A stretch of DNA of 64,000 bases from Catajapyx aquilonaris (GCA_000934665.2 KZ538453.1:1-64000), one strand, 5' to 3'. Numbered from the stretch's first letter, positions 52,501 to 64,000 are shown. A program made the numbers and translations. The notes: generated from the letters alone by a model not told the origin.

Positions 52501-52700
52501 CAATGGTTCTTTCCAACCTTTTACCAACTGCAACACNNNNNNNNNNNCCCCCCCCCCCCCGGCCCCTTCTACAACTGACCCATTTCCAGAAATCATACAC
52601 TCTGTACGGCCGCAAAAATGGTTCAATTTACACAGAAATTGCAAAAAAAAAGTTGACAAAGGCTTGCGACCCCCCGCAACCCCCAGGTTGGAAACCACTG
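52501..52700. mobile_element. hAT-like MITE remnant spanning an assembly gap
   Basis: CAATGGTTCTTTCCAACC and GGTTGGAAACCACTG imperfect termini; N run at 52537-52547. Confidence 0.5.
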
Positions 52701-53184
52701 CAGAGTTCCATGGACATTTGTAATAAAGGGGAGTTATGAGCAGTTAGAAAAACGTGGTCGGAAAGTGTGCATATAATTTACATAGATACTTGTGCGAGTG
52801 CATGCGAGAGGCGGTAGAAGTTGTGAATTTCCGTTCATACAATAATTTGGGTTTTTTAAAATTCCAAAGGTATGGACATGTTGTGGTTGGCAAATGCATA
52901 TTTCCCAGCCAATGCAAATGTGGGATTTCACACGGTTCACAAGGTAGTATGGAATCACAGATATCAGTACGGAATCACAGACGGAGGAACTGGTGGGGGG
53001 TGGGGAGCACACATATGATTGGGGGATGGGCTTCATCACTGGCTATAATTTGGAAGGGATTTAAAATGCGGTGTCCACCACAGGCTTAGAAAAGCATGAG
53101 CGAAGCGAGCGGTTTTCTACGCCTGCGCCATAGAAAAATTCGGGCGTAGTGAGGGTTTTTCTAGTCCTGTGTATAAGATGCTGT

Positions 53185-53440
53185 AGGGCCACATGGTGGC
53201 TTTGTGGCCTGCCACCTCTGAGGTCCTGAGTTCAATCCCCGGATCGGGCAGAGGATACTTATGTGGATAGAGTTTCGATGGGTTCTCTCCATGTTCGTGT
53301 GGGTTTTCTTGGGGTTCTCCCATTTCCTCCCACTATCAAAATCCATCGCAGCGCAGGCAATTAATAATTCATACCCCGTTATCAGCCGGCGGCTCTTTAG
53401 GGGGGAATTTTTGTTTTGTCTGGAACTCTTTGCTTGCATT
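53185..53440 (+). mobile_element. tRNA-derived SINE with V-domain-like core
   Basis: B box GAGTTCAATCC at about 53228, followed by GAGTTT..GTTCTCTCCATGTTCGTGTGGGTTTTCTTGGGGTTCTCCCATTTCCTCCCAC, which resembles the V-SINE central domain as I recall it. Confidence 0.65.
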
Positions 53441-53489
53441 TTTACTTGTTTTTTGGGAGAGGATAGGAAAGGAAGGGGGCGGCTGTGGC

Positions 53490-53640
53490 CTGTTTATTAG
53501 GAAACAACTCCGGAATTCTCCTGGAGAAACCGTGGGAAACCACAGAAAACCACGGTTAGAGTTGCCGGCACCGGGATTCGAACCCAGGACCTCCCGATTA
53601 GCAGTCGCACGCCTTATCCACTATGCCAACCTGCTTCGGT
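53490..53640 (-). mobile_element. Second tRNA-derived SINE fragment, opposite orientation
   Basis: Minus strand: A box TGGCATAGTGG (about 53627-53617) and B box GGTTCGAATCC (about 53584-53574). Confidence 0.7.
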
Positions 53641-53721
53641 TGCAGCGCAGGCAATGATTAAGACAGTTTACGAAACGCTGATCCCCTAAAAAGCCCAAGG
53701 AGGCCTATCACGGGGTATCTA

Positions 53722-53733
53722 TTATTGTTGTTA

Positions 53734-53770
<37 letters not shown>

Positions 53771-53806
53771 GATTCTTCTTCTTATTATTATTATTCTTAT
53801 TATTAT
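53722..53806. repeat. Imperfect (ATT/GTT/CTT)n microsatellite
   Basis: Trinucleotide run directly abutting the MITE. Confidence 0.9.
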
Positions 53807-53807
53807 A

Positions 53808-54373
53808 CAGGGTGGTCAGTAAATGGCGCACAAGCTTCAGGTAGCGAGATTCCTTGTGAAAAACGAGTATATGGAAGTGAAGGTCATATTGCTCTACAAG
53901 GCCTGGTTAGGGCTCATGAGGCCTCCAAAGTTTGAGCCAAATCATGACGTCACATCCGCTCGCGAAATTCAAAGACTACCGTATCGCTGCTGTACGCGGT
54001 GTGTTGCTAGGCGTTGCCATGTTAATATCCCCCACATGTTCACCAAACAATGGAACCGTATAAAGTCGCAGGGACGTTGCCATACCGTCGTCCCCGCGAG
54101 TTTATACGACGGTATGGCAACGTCCCTGAGAGTTTATACGGTCCCATTGTTTGGTGAACATGTGGGGGTTGTCAACATGGTAGCGCCTAGCAACACACCA
54201 CTTACGGTAGCGATACAGTAGGTAGTGTTTGAATTTTGCGGGCGGATGTGACGTCATGATTTGGCCCAAATTTTGGAGGCCTCGTAGAGCAATATGACCT
54301 TCACTTCCATATACTGGTTTTTCACAAGGAATCTCGCTACCAGAAGCTTGTGCGCCATTTACCGACCACCCTG
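53808..54373. mobile_element. Tc1/mariner-type fold-back MITE
   Basis: TA|CAGGGTGGTCAGTAAATGGCGCACAAGCTTC ... GAAGCTTGTGCGCCATTTACCGACCACCCTG|TA. Arms pair almost to the centre (about 54098). Confidence 0.94.
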
Positions 54374-54480
54374 TATAAGATATGTAGAATGAAGGGTGAT
54401 AGGTTACTTTTATTCACTGACTAACTATATCTATTTCCTTTTGAAATTTATTTTAGGAGTAACACTGGACATAAGAAGTT

Positions 54481-57400
54481 ATGAAGGATGTAACCAAATT
54501 GGAGCCAGTCAGGATGAAAGATGGTATCAAACCAGTGCACAAGGAAGTAGAAGATCCAGACCATCACAAGGCAGAAGTAGTGGTAACCAACGGTATCCTA
54601 CTGCAACATCCAAAGGAAGAAGAAAACGGATTGAAAACACACAGGGAAAGACGTCATCGGCGATCTGAGACTTCCCAGGTTCTTTTAGAGCCTGCCAGTG
54701 AAGATGGTGAGAAGATTGGTAACCTTGGACTGTCACCAACAAATCACAACCTTCACACATGTAAGTCTGAACAGGAATTGAACTTGACCTCTCCTGAAGA
54801 TGTTCATGTTCTTTGTGACTCTTCTGTAATGAGAAGCCGATATGGGCGGATACACAAACCCAAGGTAGCAGCTGACTTCCTTACAATGAATAGTCACATA
54901 GAGGCTATCCTATCGCCTACAACTAGGAAAACAAATATGAAGAAAGGCAAAAATGGAGAAGTACCGTTGGATATTGAGATTACCAACATTTTGAGAAGCC
55001 ATGACCCATCTGCCAAGGTATCCGTGTTAAAAATCTCAAGTTCACCTGTACAGTCTTTGTTGAAGACACCTGATACATCTGGAGAGGTGGCCACATTGAA
55101 AAGTTCTGACCAACATGCAGGGGTTTTCACATTGAACAACTGCAGTTCAACTGCAGAGGACTCTGTATTGAAGAAATTAGACCCACCCACAAAAATTAAT
55201 ACATTGATGATAGCTGACCTTTCTGCAAGGGATACCACATTGAAGGATTCTGAGCTGCCTTCAGGTGATGCCATGTTGAAGATGCTTGAAATGCTGTCTG
55301 GGGAAGACGCAGTGAATGAATATGATTCATTACCAGATGTTGACACATTGAAGACACTTGACTCACCTGCAGTGGATGCCACCGTGAAAATATCTGGTTC
55401 ACCTGCAAAGGATGTTGCATTGAAACTTGACTTGCATGCGGAGGATACTGCTGAGAAGCTACCTGATACAACAGCAGGGGATTCAGCAGGAACGCCATCA
55501 GACATTACAGTAGAGGATGTAACATTAAAGAAGCCTGGCATGGATGTGGAGATTTCCAACACTTCATACCTTGACAATCCTGCTAAGATTACCATTACAG
55601 TGAGTTCCAAATCAGACTGTGAGAGAGATTACAAACCAACTCAACAAGTGACAGTAGCAACTGAATGGATTCTAGGTGACCTTGTTTGGGCGCACATGCG
55701 TGGTTATCCATATTGGGCTGCTGTTGTGGCAGAAGATGCTAGTGTGGGTGTGTTTCGTCGTGGCCGGTTTGGAACAACCCAGATTCACGTGCATTTTCTT
55801 GGACCTGATGCAGAACATGGCTGGGTAAGGGAATCTGGCCTGATGGAGTTTAAAGGTGTGGCCCAATTCCATAAAGGCAGATGTGAAGTAGCTGCAAGTA
55901 AGAGGATAGGACCAAATGGAAAACCAATCTCAGTAGCTCCATTCAAGGTGGCTAACACACTAAGATACAAGTGGGATGAAGCTGTGAGAGATGCTGAGCA
56001 TATTGGGGATTTTGATAGGGAGCAGAGGGTAGCATTTTGTGCTGAGAGGGAGGCAAGTGTACCACATTGGAATAACATTACCAGCTCATCCCAAAAACAA
56101 TCTGGAAGGCAAAAGAAACAGGATGGGCCTAAGAAATATGCATCTTGGAAGACTGGTGGCAGCCAAAGGAAAGTTAGCGCTCAGAAGCAAGACAGTAGTC
56201 AAACTCCAGGTAATGACCTATCAGAAGATGTTTTCCAGAAGCAAGAGGGCAACCTGAAGTTGAATGGCCTGGTTGACACAGCTAGTGTTCTAGGTGATGC
56301 TAGTGTTGAGGAGCGAGAAGCCAACAGTTCTAATCCAACTGCCACTTCAGTGGATGAGTCATCCTCCAAAACATCAAAGCGTATGCGGTATCTATCTCCA
56401 GCTGGAGATGGCGATACACGTGGAAAAGATTCTATTGCAAGTAAACCTGCAAAAAGGGCCCGTAGATCACTACTGACAAAAGCCAAAATTGAAAGGGCTT
56501 TCCAGATGTATGTTGAAGAGCAGCACAACTTCTTTCTGGAAGAGCACCCTGAGACTGGAAGCAATGAGAAGGAGATGGTGAGACATCTCCGTATGGATTG
56601 GGATGCCATGGGAGAGGATCTCCAAATGGAGTATGTTGCAAAGGATGCCCTGAGAATAGCAGAAGCAAAGGGAAAGGAAGTGGCAACAAGACGAAAGAGG
56701 GGCTGGGCTAGTGGGCAGAGAGGGAGGAAGCAAAAGTATTGCAGCAGTGATGAAGATGGGGAGGAATGGGGAAGTAATGGGGAAGAAGAAACCAAAAGTA
56801 GGCCTAAGAGGATGGGAAGGCCACCAAATAGACTGGGAGCAGGTGGGAGTGGAGGAAACAAGGAGAGGAAAGATGACAATGTGGAGGGAGTAAATGAAGA
56901 GGATAGCCAGGAGGTGGAAGAAGCAAGCCTGTTTGATGAAGATGAGAGCCAACATGAGGAAGATGACAGTCAGCCTGAGAGTACCTTTTTTCTGATGAAG
57001 GAGGGCAAGTCACCATGGTACTGCTATGTCTGCCAGATTTGTGAGAAACTTGGTAAGTAATATTCATCTGCCCTGAGATGGTTATTTTAATCCAAGGCGA
57101 AATACGCGGGGTAGATCAGATAACTGGGATATACGAGTATTTGAGGAGTAACTTGCAGAGGTTTCTTGTGGCTTTTCTTTAAAGGGACACTCCACTCAAA
57201 ATGCAAGTTGGGCTCTAAAAATCGGGCAAGAAATCCTGATTCCGAGTGTATCAGCAGTTTTTCTGAGAGACGAACGGTAAGGCCAGAGCGAGCCGTCAAA
57301 GTTAGGCCATTCGAATCTGGCGCAAAACAGCAGCGCCTCCTCCGGGACTGCCCGGGACTGGGCAGAAATTTGGATATTCTTGCGCCATCTTGATCCACGC

Positions 57401-60400
57401 CATGGTCCGCGCCATCTTTGGTCCGTCCCACAGGTTTATCCCGCCACCTCTTGACCCGACCCGACTTTCAGCACTGTATCACTTTCGCCTAGTGCCCGGT
57501 GGCGGCGCTCACGGCGGTGGCGGACTGGGCTGGCGGGGCAGCTCATTAGCAGACGACGCAAATTCTGAGTCTTTAACGCCTCGTCCTGGCTTTTCTGTTC
57601 CGCGTAGAAAAAAACCGATTGCACCTTCGGAATCAGGATTTTTTGCCCGATTTTTAGAGCCCAACTTGCATTTTGAGTGGAGTGTCCCTTTAAAGGAAGG
57701 GTTTATTCATTGTGCATGTTGGGGTCTACAATCAGAAAAGACTACCTGTTTTCAAGGATGTTGTCCATTTGGATCCTATTTTTCAATCCTTCAGCCCTTG
57801 TGATAATGACCTCTCAAATATTACAGAGCCTGGAAAGTGTTTCACAAGCATGTCTAAACTGCTCAGGAGGTATAAAGAAAAATATGGGTCGTGACTCGAT
57901 CTAACCCTTGCATGTGGCCTACATACATATTGCTTCATGTGATAGTTCTTAAGACTAAAAACAACAGGTGATCTGACTTTTATATATGTCATCTTTGCAG
58001 TGAGGCGCAATGGTGAATTGTGTCGGTGCAAGGGTGAGTGTCTGAATTATTTCCACCGATCTTGTCTGGAGGGCATCGACGGCAGTGAGAAAGACGACTT
58101 TCAGTGTAGAGAGTGTCGTACAGACTCACACCTGTGTTTTGTGTGTAAGAAAAGAGAAGGTGACGCCAAACCTGTTCGCTGCTCATTGAGGAAATGTGGA
58201 CGGTACTATCATGAGGATTGTTTGTCACCATCAGAGTGGCCACAGGAACGACCTAAAAGAGTCTGTCCATTGCATGTATGCCATACATGCTCAGTGGAGG
58301 ATCGTGGTGGGAAACCAACCATGCGTGATGTAGTGAAGCCAATCATTCGATGTGTGCGGTGTCCAACTGCATACCATGCAGATGTCCATTGTCTAGCAGC
58401 TGGCTCTTTCCCCATTACTCCATGGCATATTTTGTGTCCAAAGCATATTTGGGAGGTTGAAGATGGAAAGCGAAAGTCTCTCACAGCTCATGTTAATGTC
58501 AGCTGGTGCTTTAGGTGCTCAAAAGGAGGCAGCTTGATCTGCTGTGAAAGGTGCCCTGCTGCTTTCCATCCTGGCTGCCTGGACATTAAGCTTCCTGAAG
58601 GCAGCTTTTTTTGTGAGGATTGCCAAGCAGGGAAAGTCTATGTGCATGGTGATGTGGTGTGGGTCAAGCTGGGTAACTACAGGTGGTGGCCAGCGAGGAT
58701 TAGAGCCCCTGAGCGGATTCCAGATAACATCAAGGCTCTGAAGCATGATGTGGGAGAGTTTGCAGTTGAGTTTTTTGGATCACATGACTTCTACTGGGTC
58801 AACCATGGAAGAGTCTTCTCGTATCAGGATGGGGTCAGTATTGTAACATACGTACCTAGGGCTAATAGGACCTTCAAGCCAAAAGTAAAATTAGAGCTAG
58901 TTATTTGAAATATATTGTAGTAATGTAATGTAAACTTATTGGAAGCTAATAACTTGGGAAGATATTGTTTCAATTGCAGGGGTAATAGAGGGGACCAAGA
59001 CAAGTATTTTTTGGCATAGGAAGCAGTGTCCGAAACGCCATTTAGAGGGGGATCATAGACAAGGAACGGGTGTGCTCAGACGCTTCACACAGGAGGTGCT
59101 AGGCGAGTGGACTGTTTTGTATATTGGGAAGACCCATAGAAGTGGCTGACATCTGGTGGCTGTCTCGGAAGCTCATTAATGGCGGACAAGGGGGGTTGCT
59201 CTCCGAGTCCTGCCATGTGTGGGAACGAGGAAAAAGGGAGTGAAGTGGTGATGACAAGTAACAAATTATGTTTCGTGGTGGGATGAAACTCGAAGTTCTT
59301 ATGTATCAGTAGCCTACCACTCATAAAGAATGGCACAACTCGATACAGACGAAATGTGAATCCTGTTCCGAACCGTGGGTCGCCTGCATGTTTATAAAGT
59401 GTTGCAAGGAAGTCTGGAAAAGGGGAATCAAAATAAAGTAAAAAAGATAAGAAACAAAACAAGTAAAAGTGGGAAAATTTTAGGGAGAAAATTCACATGA
59501 AATCTACGTAAGCATTGTATAGTGCGGAAAACCAAACGACGATCTGACGTCATCGTTTCTTACATCGTTGCTTTTTTGTTGACACTGTTTACTCATATTG
59601 TTCTGTCTTCTGTGAGGATATTTCCATGGGAACCTTGATGTCAGATATTTGTTTAGTTTTCCGCACTGTACCTGGTTGAACATTTTGGTAATTAAATTTT
59701 TTATTTAAAATTCGGGGTGGGTCATACAAGTAACCAGAGGTCCAGAAGAGGTAGTCCTTAGGGTCACATCGAAATAAGGTAGGGAAAACTGCTGGGCATT
59801 GTGGATGAACATTTCGTCCATAGTCATGCCATTCTTTATGCGCAGGACTGCTATTTGTGGACGTCGCGATGTCCATAAGTATCAGTCGTTGCGTCGTCCA
59901 GAGACAAAGCCCCGCTTTTTGCCGAGAAATTCGCTATTAAATTCCCCTGCAGAATTACTCATAGGAATTTATTTTACTTATGGACATTGTCGGGACGATC
60001 GAAATCTCCTCTCAACGTTGGGGACACTGTCACCCTTTCCCGAATCCTAGTTTGGCCGTAATTAATTCCCAAAGATCACCCTGCATTTTGAACCCATACG
60101 GTTAGAGTCAGCCAGACCTCTCTCGCCAGAGATTTGCAGGGATATTCCCTATTTAATTCTTCCGTAAAATTACCAGTGGGCCTTTATAGCAAATACGGTC
60201 GTTGTCAGATAATTTGAAATCTCCTCTCAACGACGAGAGCACTGTCACACATGTACAACCCGTAGTTTTGTCGCAATTAATTCCCAAAGGTCACTCTGCA
60301 TTCTGGACCCAGATGGTTACAGTCAAGCAGACCTCTAGCGGGTTTTGTCGAGAGTAGCTATTTAATTCCCCCTTAAATTAGCCTCCTGGTATGTAATATT

Positions 60401-63400
60401 AAATTGGACGTCGTCGGAACAGTCAAAATGTCCTCTCGACAACGGGAGTATTGTCACCCTCCTCCGATCTCTAGTTTGGATGCAATTGAATCCCAAAGGT
60501 CAACATGCACCCCTGGACCCATAAGGTTCCAGCCTGCCAGACCTCTCTCTCGTCCAGAGACTAAGTCCCACTTTTTCCCGAGATATTTCCTATTTAATTC
60601 CCCCGTAAAATAACCAGTGGATATTTATTTATTTGCGGACTTGGAACATTCGAAATCTCCTCTTGACGACGGAGGCACTGTCACCCTCCTCCAACCTCTA
60701 GTTTGGGCGCATTTAATTCCCAAATGTCACCATGCACGTCTGGACCCACTCCTATACAGCCTAGCTGCTCTCCCAGCTATTTGCGTAGGTACCGGCTTGG
60801 CTACCTCTCTGCCTCGGCCCGGGGCCTGCCCCACAGGCCCACCCTGGTCATAATATGTGTACCCCTCCCTGTCCACATAGCGTGTGCTCTGCCCTGTTTA
60901 GCATCTATGCTCTCCCTGTCTCATGCCAAGCTCATGCCCTGCCTGCTCGAGTACCCCCCCTGTCGCCCATCTTGGATTCGACTTCAGTGCCTCTACTCAT
61001 GAATAGGTGGCATGCAGTTGTTGCCAGGTACGACGCAATACGCCATAATCTGGCAACACCAGAACTGTTGTTTACTCTCCGCGTGTCTTCTAGGAGGCGG
61101 ACTTGAGTTGCTAGATGGCTCTGCTGTTGCCAGGTTATGGCACATTGCATCGGTGTTTACTATCCGAGCTGATCTGAGTGCCATCTATCAACAAAACAGT
61201 CCGCTCACCTAGCACCTCCCACGTGACGCGTCTGAGCGCACCTGTTCCTTGTCTATGAACCTCCTCTAGATGGCGTTTCCGACCACGGGTGCATTGATCA
61301 AAACTGATCGTCTCTGCCTCCCCTACGCACCCTAGCAGTTTGTAAAGACAGCTCGGAAACACCCTGTATAAATAATTGATTTAATATTAGTACATAATGT
61401 GACAGAGCTTATGGGTACAAAGAATTTATCATGTTGGGTTAATCTTCTCGATTTGTCTAATTTTGAAACAGGACACTGGTGGCACAAAGTCTGCAGCTGC
61501 CCGTCGCTCCTCCTTGGAAAGCACCTTTCAACGTGCCTTGGTGGAAGCACAAGAGGCACACAAGGAGTGGGAGGAACAATGTCTCATGTGGGAGGCCAAG
61601 ATGTGCTGCAGTACCTCTGACTCAACCAAGCCTCCTCGCTACATTCATATAAAAACTAATCGACTTGTGGGAAATGCAAAGCATCCGCAGGACACCACTG
61701 GAATTCATGCCTCATCATCTCCTTGTGAATGCAAGCGTGACTCTGAATCACCTTGTGGAGAGGATTCTGACTGCCTGAACCGAATGTTGCTTGTTGAGTG
61801 TGACCCTGGTGTATGTCCTGCTAAGGAAAAGTGCTGCAACCAGAGGTTCCAGAAGAGGCTCTATCCAAGTCTGACTCCCTTCAGGACAATGGACAGAGGC
61901 TGGGGCCTCAAAACTCTCGTTCACATTAACAAAGGTGAGAGTGGGACTCCATGACAAGATTTTTCCATTTGGTCATTCCCTTGTTAAATGGTTTTTAGGC
62001 CAGGGATAACCCTCAACCGATATCTTAGCCATACAGTTGTGTCACTGTACTCCCACACCGGAACTAAACAGAGTACTATACAGGGTGTTTCTGAGCTATC
62101 TTTACAAACTGCTAGGGTGTGTAGGGGAGGCAGAGACGATCAGTTTTGACCAATGCACCCCTGGTCGGAAACGCCATCTAGAGGGGGTTCATAGACAAGG
62201 AACAGGTGAGCTCAGACGCGTCACGCAGGAGGCGCTAGGTGAGCGGACTGTTTTGTTGATAGATGGCGATGTGCCATAACCTGGCAACAACAGAGCCTTC
62301 TAGAAACTAAAGTCCACCTCCTAGGATACGCGCGGATAGTAATATGTTGTAGCCAGGTTATGGCGTATCGCGTCGTTGTCTACTTACAACGATGCAATAC
62401 GCCATAACCTGTCAACAACTGCGCACCACCTATCAACAAAACAGTCCGCTCGCCTAGCGCCTCCCACGTGACACTTCTGAGTACACCCCGTTCCTTGTCT
62501 ATGAACCCCCTCTAGATGGCGTTTCTGACCATGGGTGCATTGGTCAATACGGATCATCTCTGCCTCCCCTACACACACTAGCAGTTTGTAACAATAGCTC
62601 GAAAACACCCTGTATATGCAGTGAATAATTTCTTGAACTGAAGGCAAATATGAATGCAATCATATATGAGGGCTAGTCAAAACACATTGAGACTGATTTT
62701 TTATGTTGTAAAAAGAATTATTAGTTAATCACTAGCAGTGAGTGGCATTGTGTGAATAATGTCTTGGAAGTATTAGAACACAATTCCTGTTGGAATATTC
62801 TGTGATCCCTGGCAACTGACACTGGAAGTAGACCCAGGTTCATATTCGCCTCTGCTCTGCCAGTGTCGAGATGAATGTCGACAGTGAGGACCAATATTCA
62901 GTATTGATGGTTTGCTTCCTTTTGAAGCAAACAGCCACAGAGGCATACAGTACTGTACAAGATGCTAAGATGATTAATAGTAGATACAGGTCACCATGTT
63001 AGGCCACAAGACTTTTTCTGACATTTCTGCATATGTGCATTTATGTCCTGTATAAGGCTGTATCTTTTTGCATTCCAGGGGAATTTGTGATAGAGTATGT
63101 GGGTGAGCTAGTTGATGAAATTGAAATGCACCGTAGAATTGGCAACATGGCAAGTACCTCCAGAGAAGACTACTACTTCCTTCTGGTGGACAAAGACAAA
63201 ATTTTAGATGCAGGGCCAAAAGGTAATATGGCCCGTTTCATGAATCACAGCTGTGATCCCAATTGTGAGACCCAGAAGTGGACTATTAATGGGGAAGTCA
63301 GAGTTGGACTCTTTGCCATCAAGGACGTCCCAGCAGGATCAGAGGTCAACTTCAACTACAATCTTGAGTGCGTTGGGGAGCAGAAGAAGAGGTGCCTCTG

Positions 63401-63443
63401 CCGTGCAGCAAACTGCAGTGGATTCATTGGGGTCAAGGTCAAA
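54481..63443 (+). CDS. NSD: NSD-family (NSD1/2/3, Mes-4) histone H3K36 methyltransferase; 3'-partial
   Basis: Exons 54481-57052, 58001-58833, 61472-61934, 63079-63443, frame-consistent. PWWP1 ([18 protein letters not shown]), HMG-box-like segment, PHD fingers ([38 protein letters not shown]), PWWP2 ([13 protein letters not shown]), AWS ([16 protein letters not shown]), SET ([28 protein letters not shown]), post-[13 protein letters not shown]. The last donor is at 63443 or 63437. Confidence 0.96.
57183..57689. mobile_element. Kolobok/T2-like MITE with TTAA TSD
   Basis: TTAA|AGGGACACTCCACTCAAAATGCAAGTTGGGCTCTAAAAATCGGGCAA..ATCCTGATTCCGA ... reverse complement ending GGAGTGTCCCT|TTAA; about 63-bp near-perfect TIR. 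Confidence 0.93.
59895..60760. repeat. Degenerate tandem repeat, 4 units of about 210-230 bp
   Basis: AAATCTCCTCT..ACG..CACTGTCAC..TAGTTT..AATTCCCAAA..TGCA..GACCCA recurs at about 60002, 60217, 60427 and 60654. Confidence 0.85.
61010..61366. mobile_element. Right arm of the mariner-type MITE family found at 62081-62612
   Basis: ..CCTAGCAGTTTGTAAAGACAGCTCGGAAACACCCTG|TA is the reverse complement of 62081 onward for about 300 bp. A decayed left arm lies at about 58975-59170. Confidence 0.9.
62081..62612. mobile_element. Tc1/mariner-type MITE with long TIRs
   Basis: TA|CAGGGTGTTTCTGAGCTATCTTTACAAACTGCTAG ... CTAGCAGTTTGTAACAATAGCTCGAAAACACCCTG|TA. Confidence 0.93.
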
Positions 63444-64000
63444 GTTAGTATTACATATTTATAAAGGTGTTATATTGCTTGGGGATTACCCATCTGGGGG
63501 GGGATTTAGGGACAAACATCTGTTTAGGAATGAACGTCTGTTGGTTGACCTGTCCGTTCCATTCCTGCTATGGGCAAACAGTTGTAATTGTCTACATTCA
63601 CATGTCACTACGAAACCCAAGGGGGTAACAACTCCCCAAAAAAGTGTACACCACACCCAGTTCCACCTGGTTCCAAGCCCGGTTCCAAAGGGACCCTGTA
63701 CACCGGTTCCACGAAGTTGTTACCCCCTTGCCAAAACCCTTGATTCCATGACTGCTCTGTTTACATGGCACTAGCTCCAAACCAATTTGCTAAGCACCTG
63801 GATTAGGAAACGCCAGGCACAACCCAGTGCATACTGGTGCTGATGGGTCTCAGCAATACATATTCTCCATGCCTTCCTCCAAGTCATTTTTTCTTCTTGC
63901 ATGACTAGCACCTAAAGTTGGGAAGGCTGGCTTTTGTTGTAACACAGGATGGTTGTAACGTCACCAAGATTAGCTATGCTTGGAAAGTCCTGAAGCTGAC

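Noticed and set aside
52537..52547. N run beside poly-C (also a single N at 7241)
   Set aside because: Assembly uncertainty, not biology.
54894..56955. Long minus-strand ORFs (238, 226 and 161 aa)
   Set aside because: Antisense shadows of the large NSD exon.
18252..62612. Autonomous transposase or reverse transcriptase for the many MITEs and SINEs
   Set aside because: No ORF in the track shows DDE/DDD or RT motifs that I can recognise.

Overview
Intron-rich eukaryotic DNA, most likely a pancrustacean or hexapod arthropod (CCAP peptide PFCNAFTGC, secreted head-to-head ferritins, clip protease); the species cannot be named. Eight spliced genes were rebuilt by hand from GT-AG boundaries and reading frame: PDCD4 (-, last exon apparently left of the window), the CCAP neuropeptide precursor (+, missed by the ORF track), ferritin light-chain homolog (-) and heavy-chain homolog (+) head-to-head, a clip-domain serine protease (-), two tandem TMEM230 copies (-), and an NSD/Mes-4 H3K36 methyltransferase (+, continues past the window). 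Introns hold many non-autonomous DNA transposons (TA, TAA, TTAA and 8-bp target duplications), tRNA-derived SINEs and tandem repeats. I did not find an unambiguous new biological system. The best leads are a TMEM230 paralog with a replaced N-terminus, inverted transposon arms bracketing the NSD AWS/SET-start exon, a cryptic 12-aa repeat in NSD, ferritins with no canonical IRE, and a possible unannotated multi-exon gene at about 13-18 kb. All family calls come from motif recognition, not database searches.
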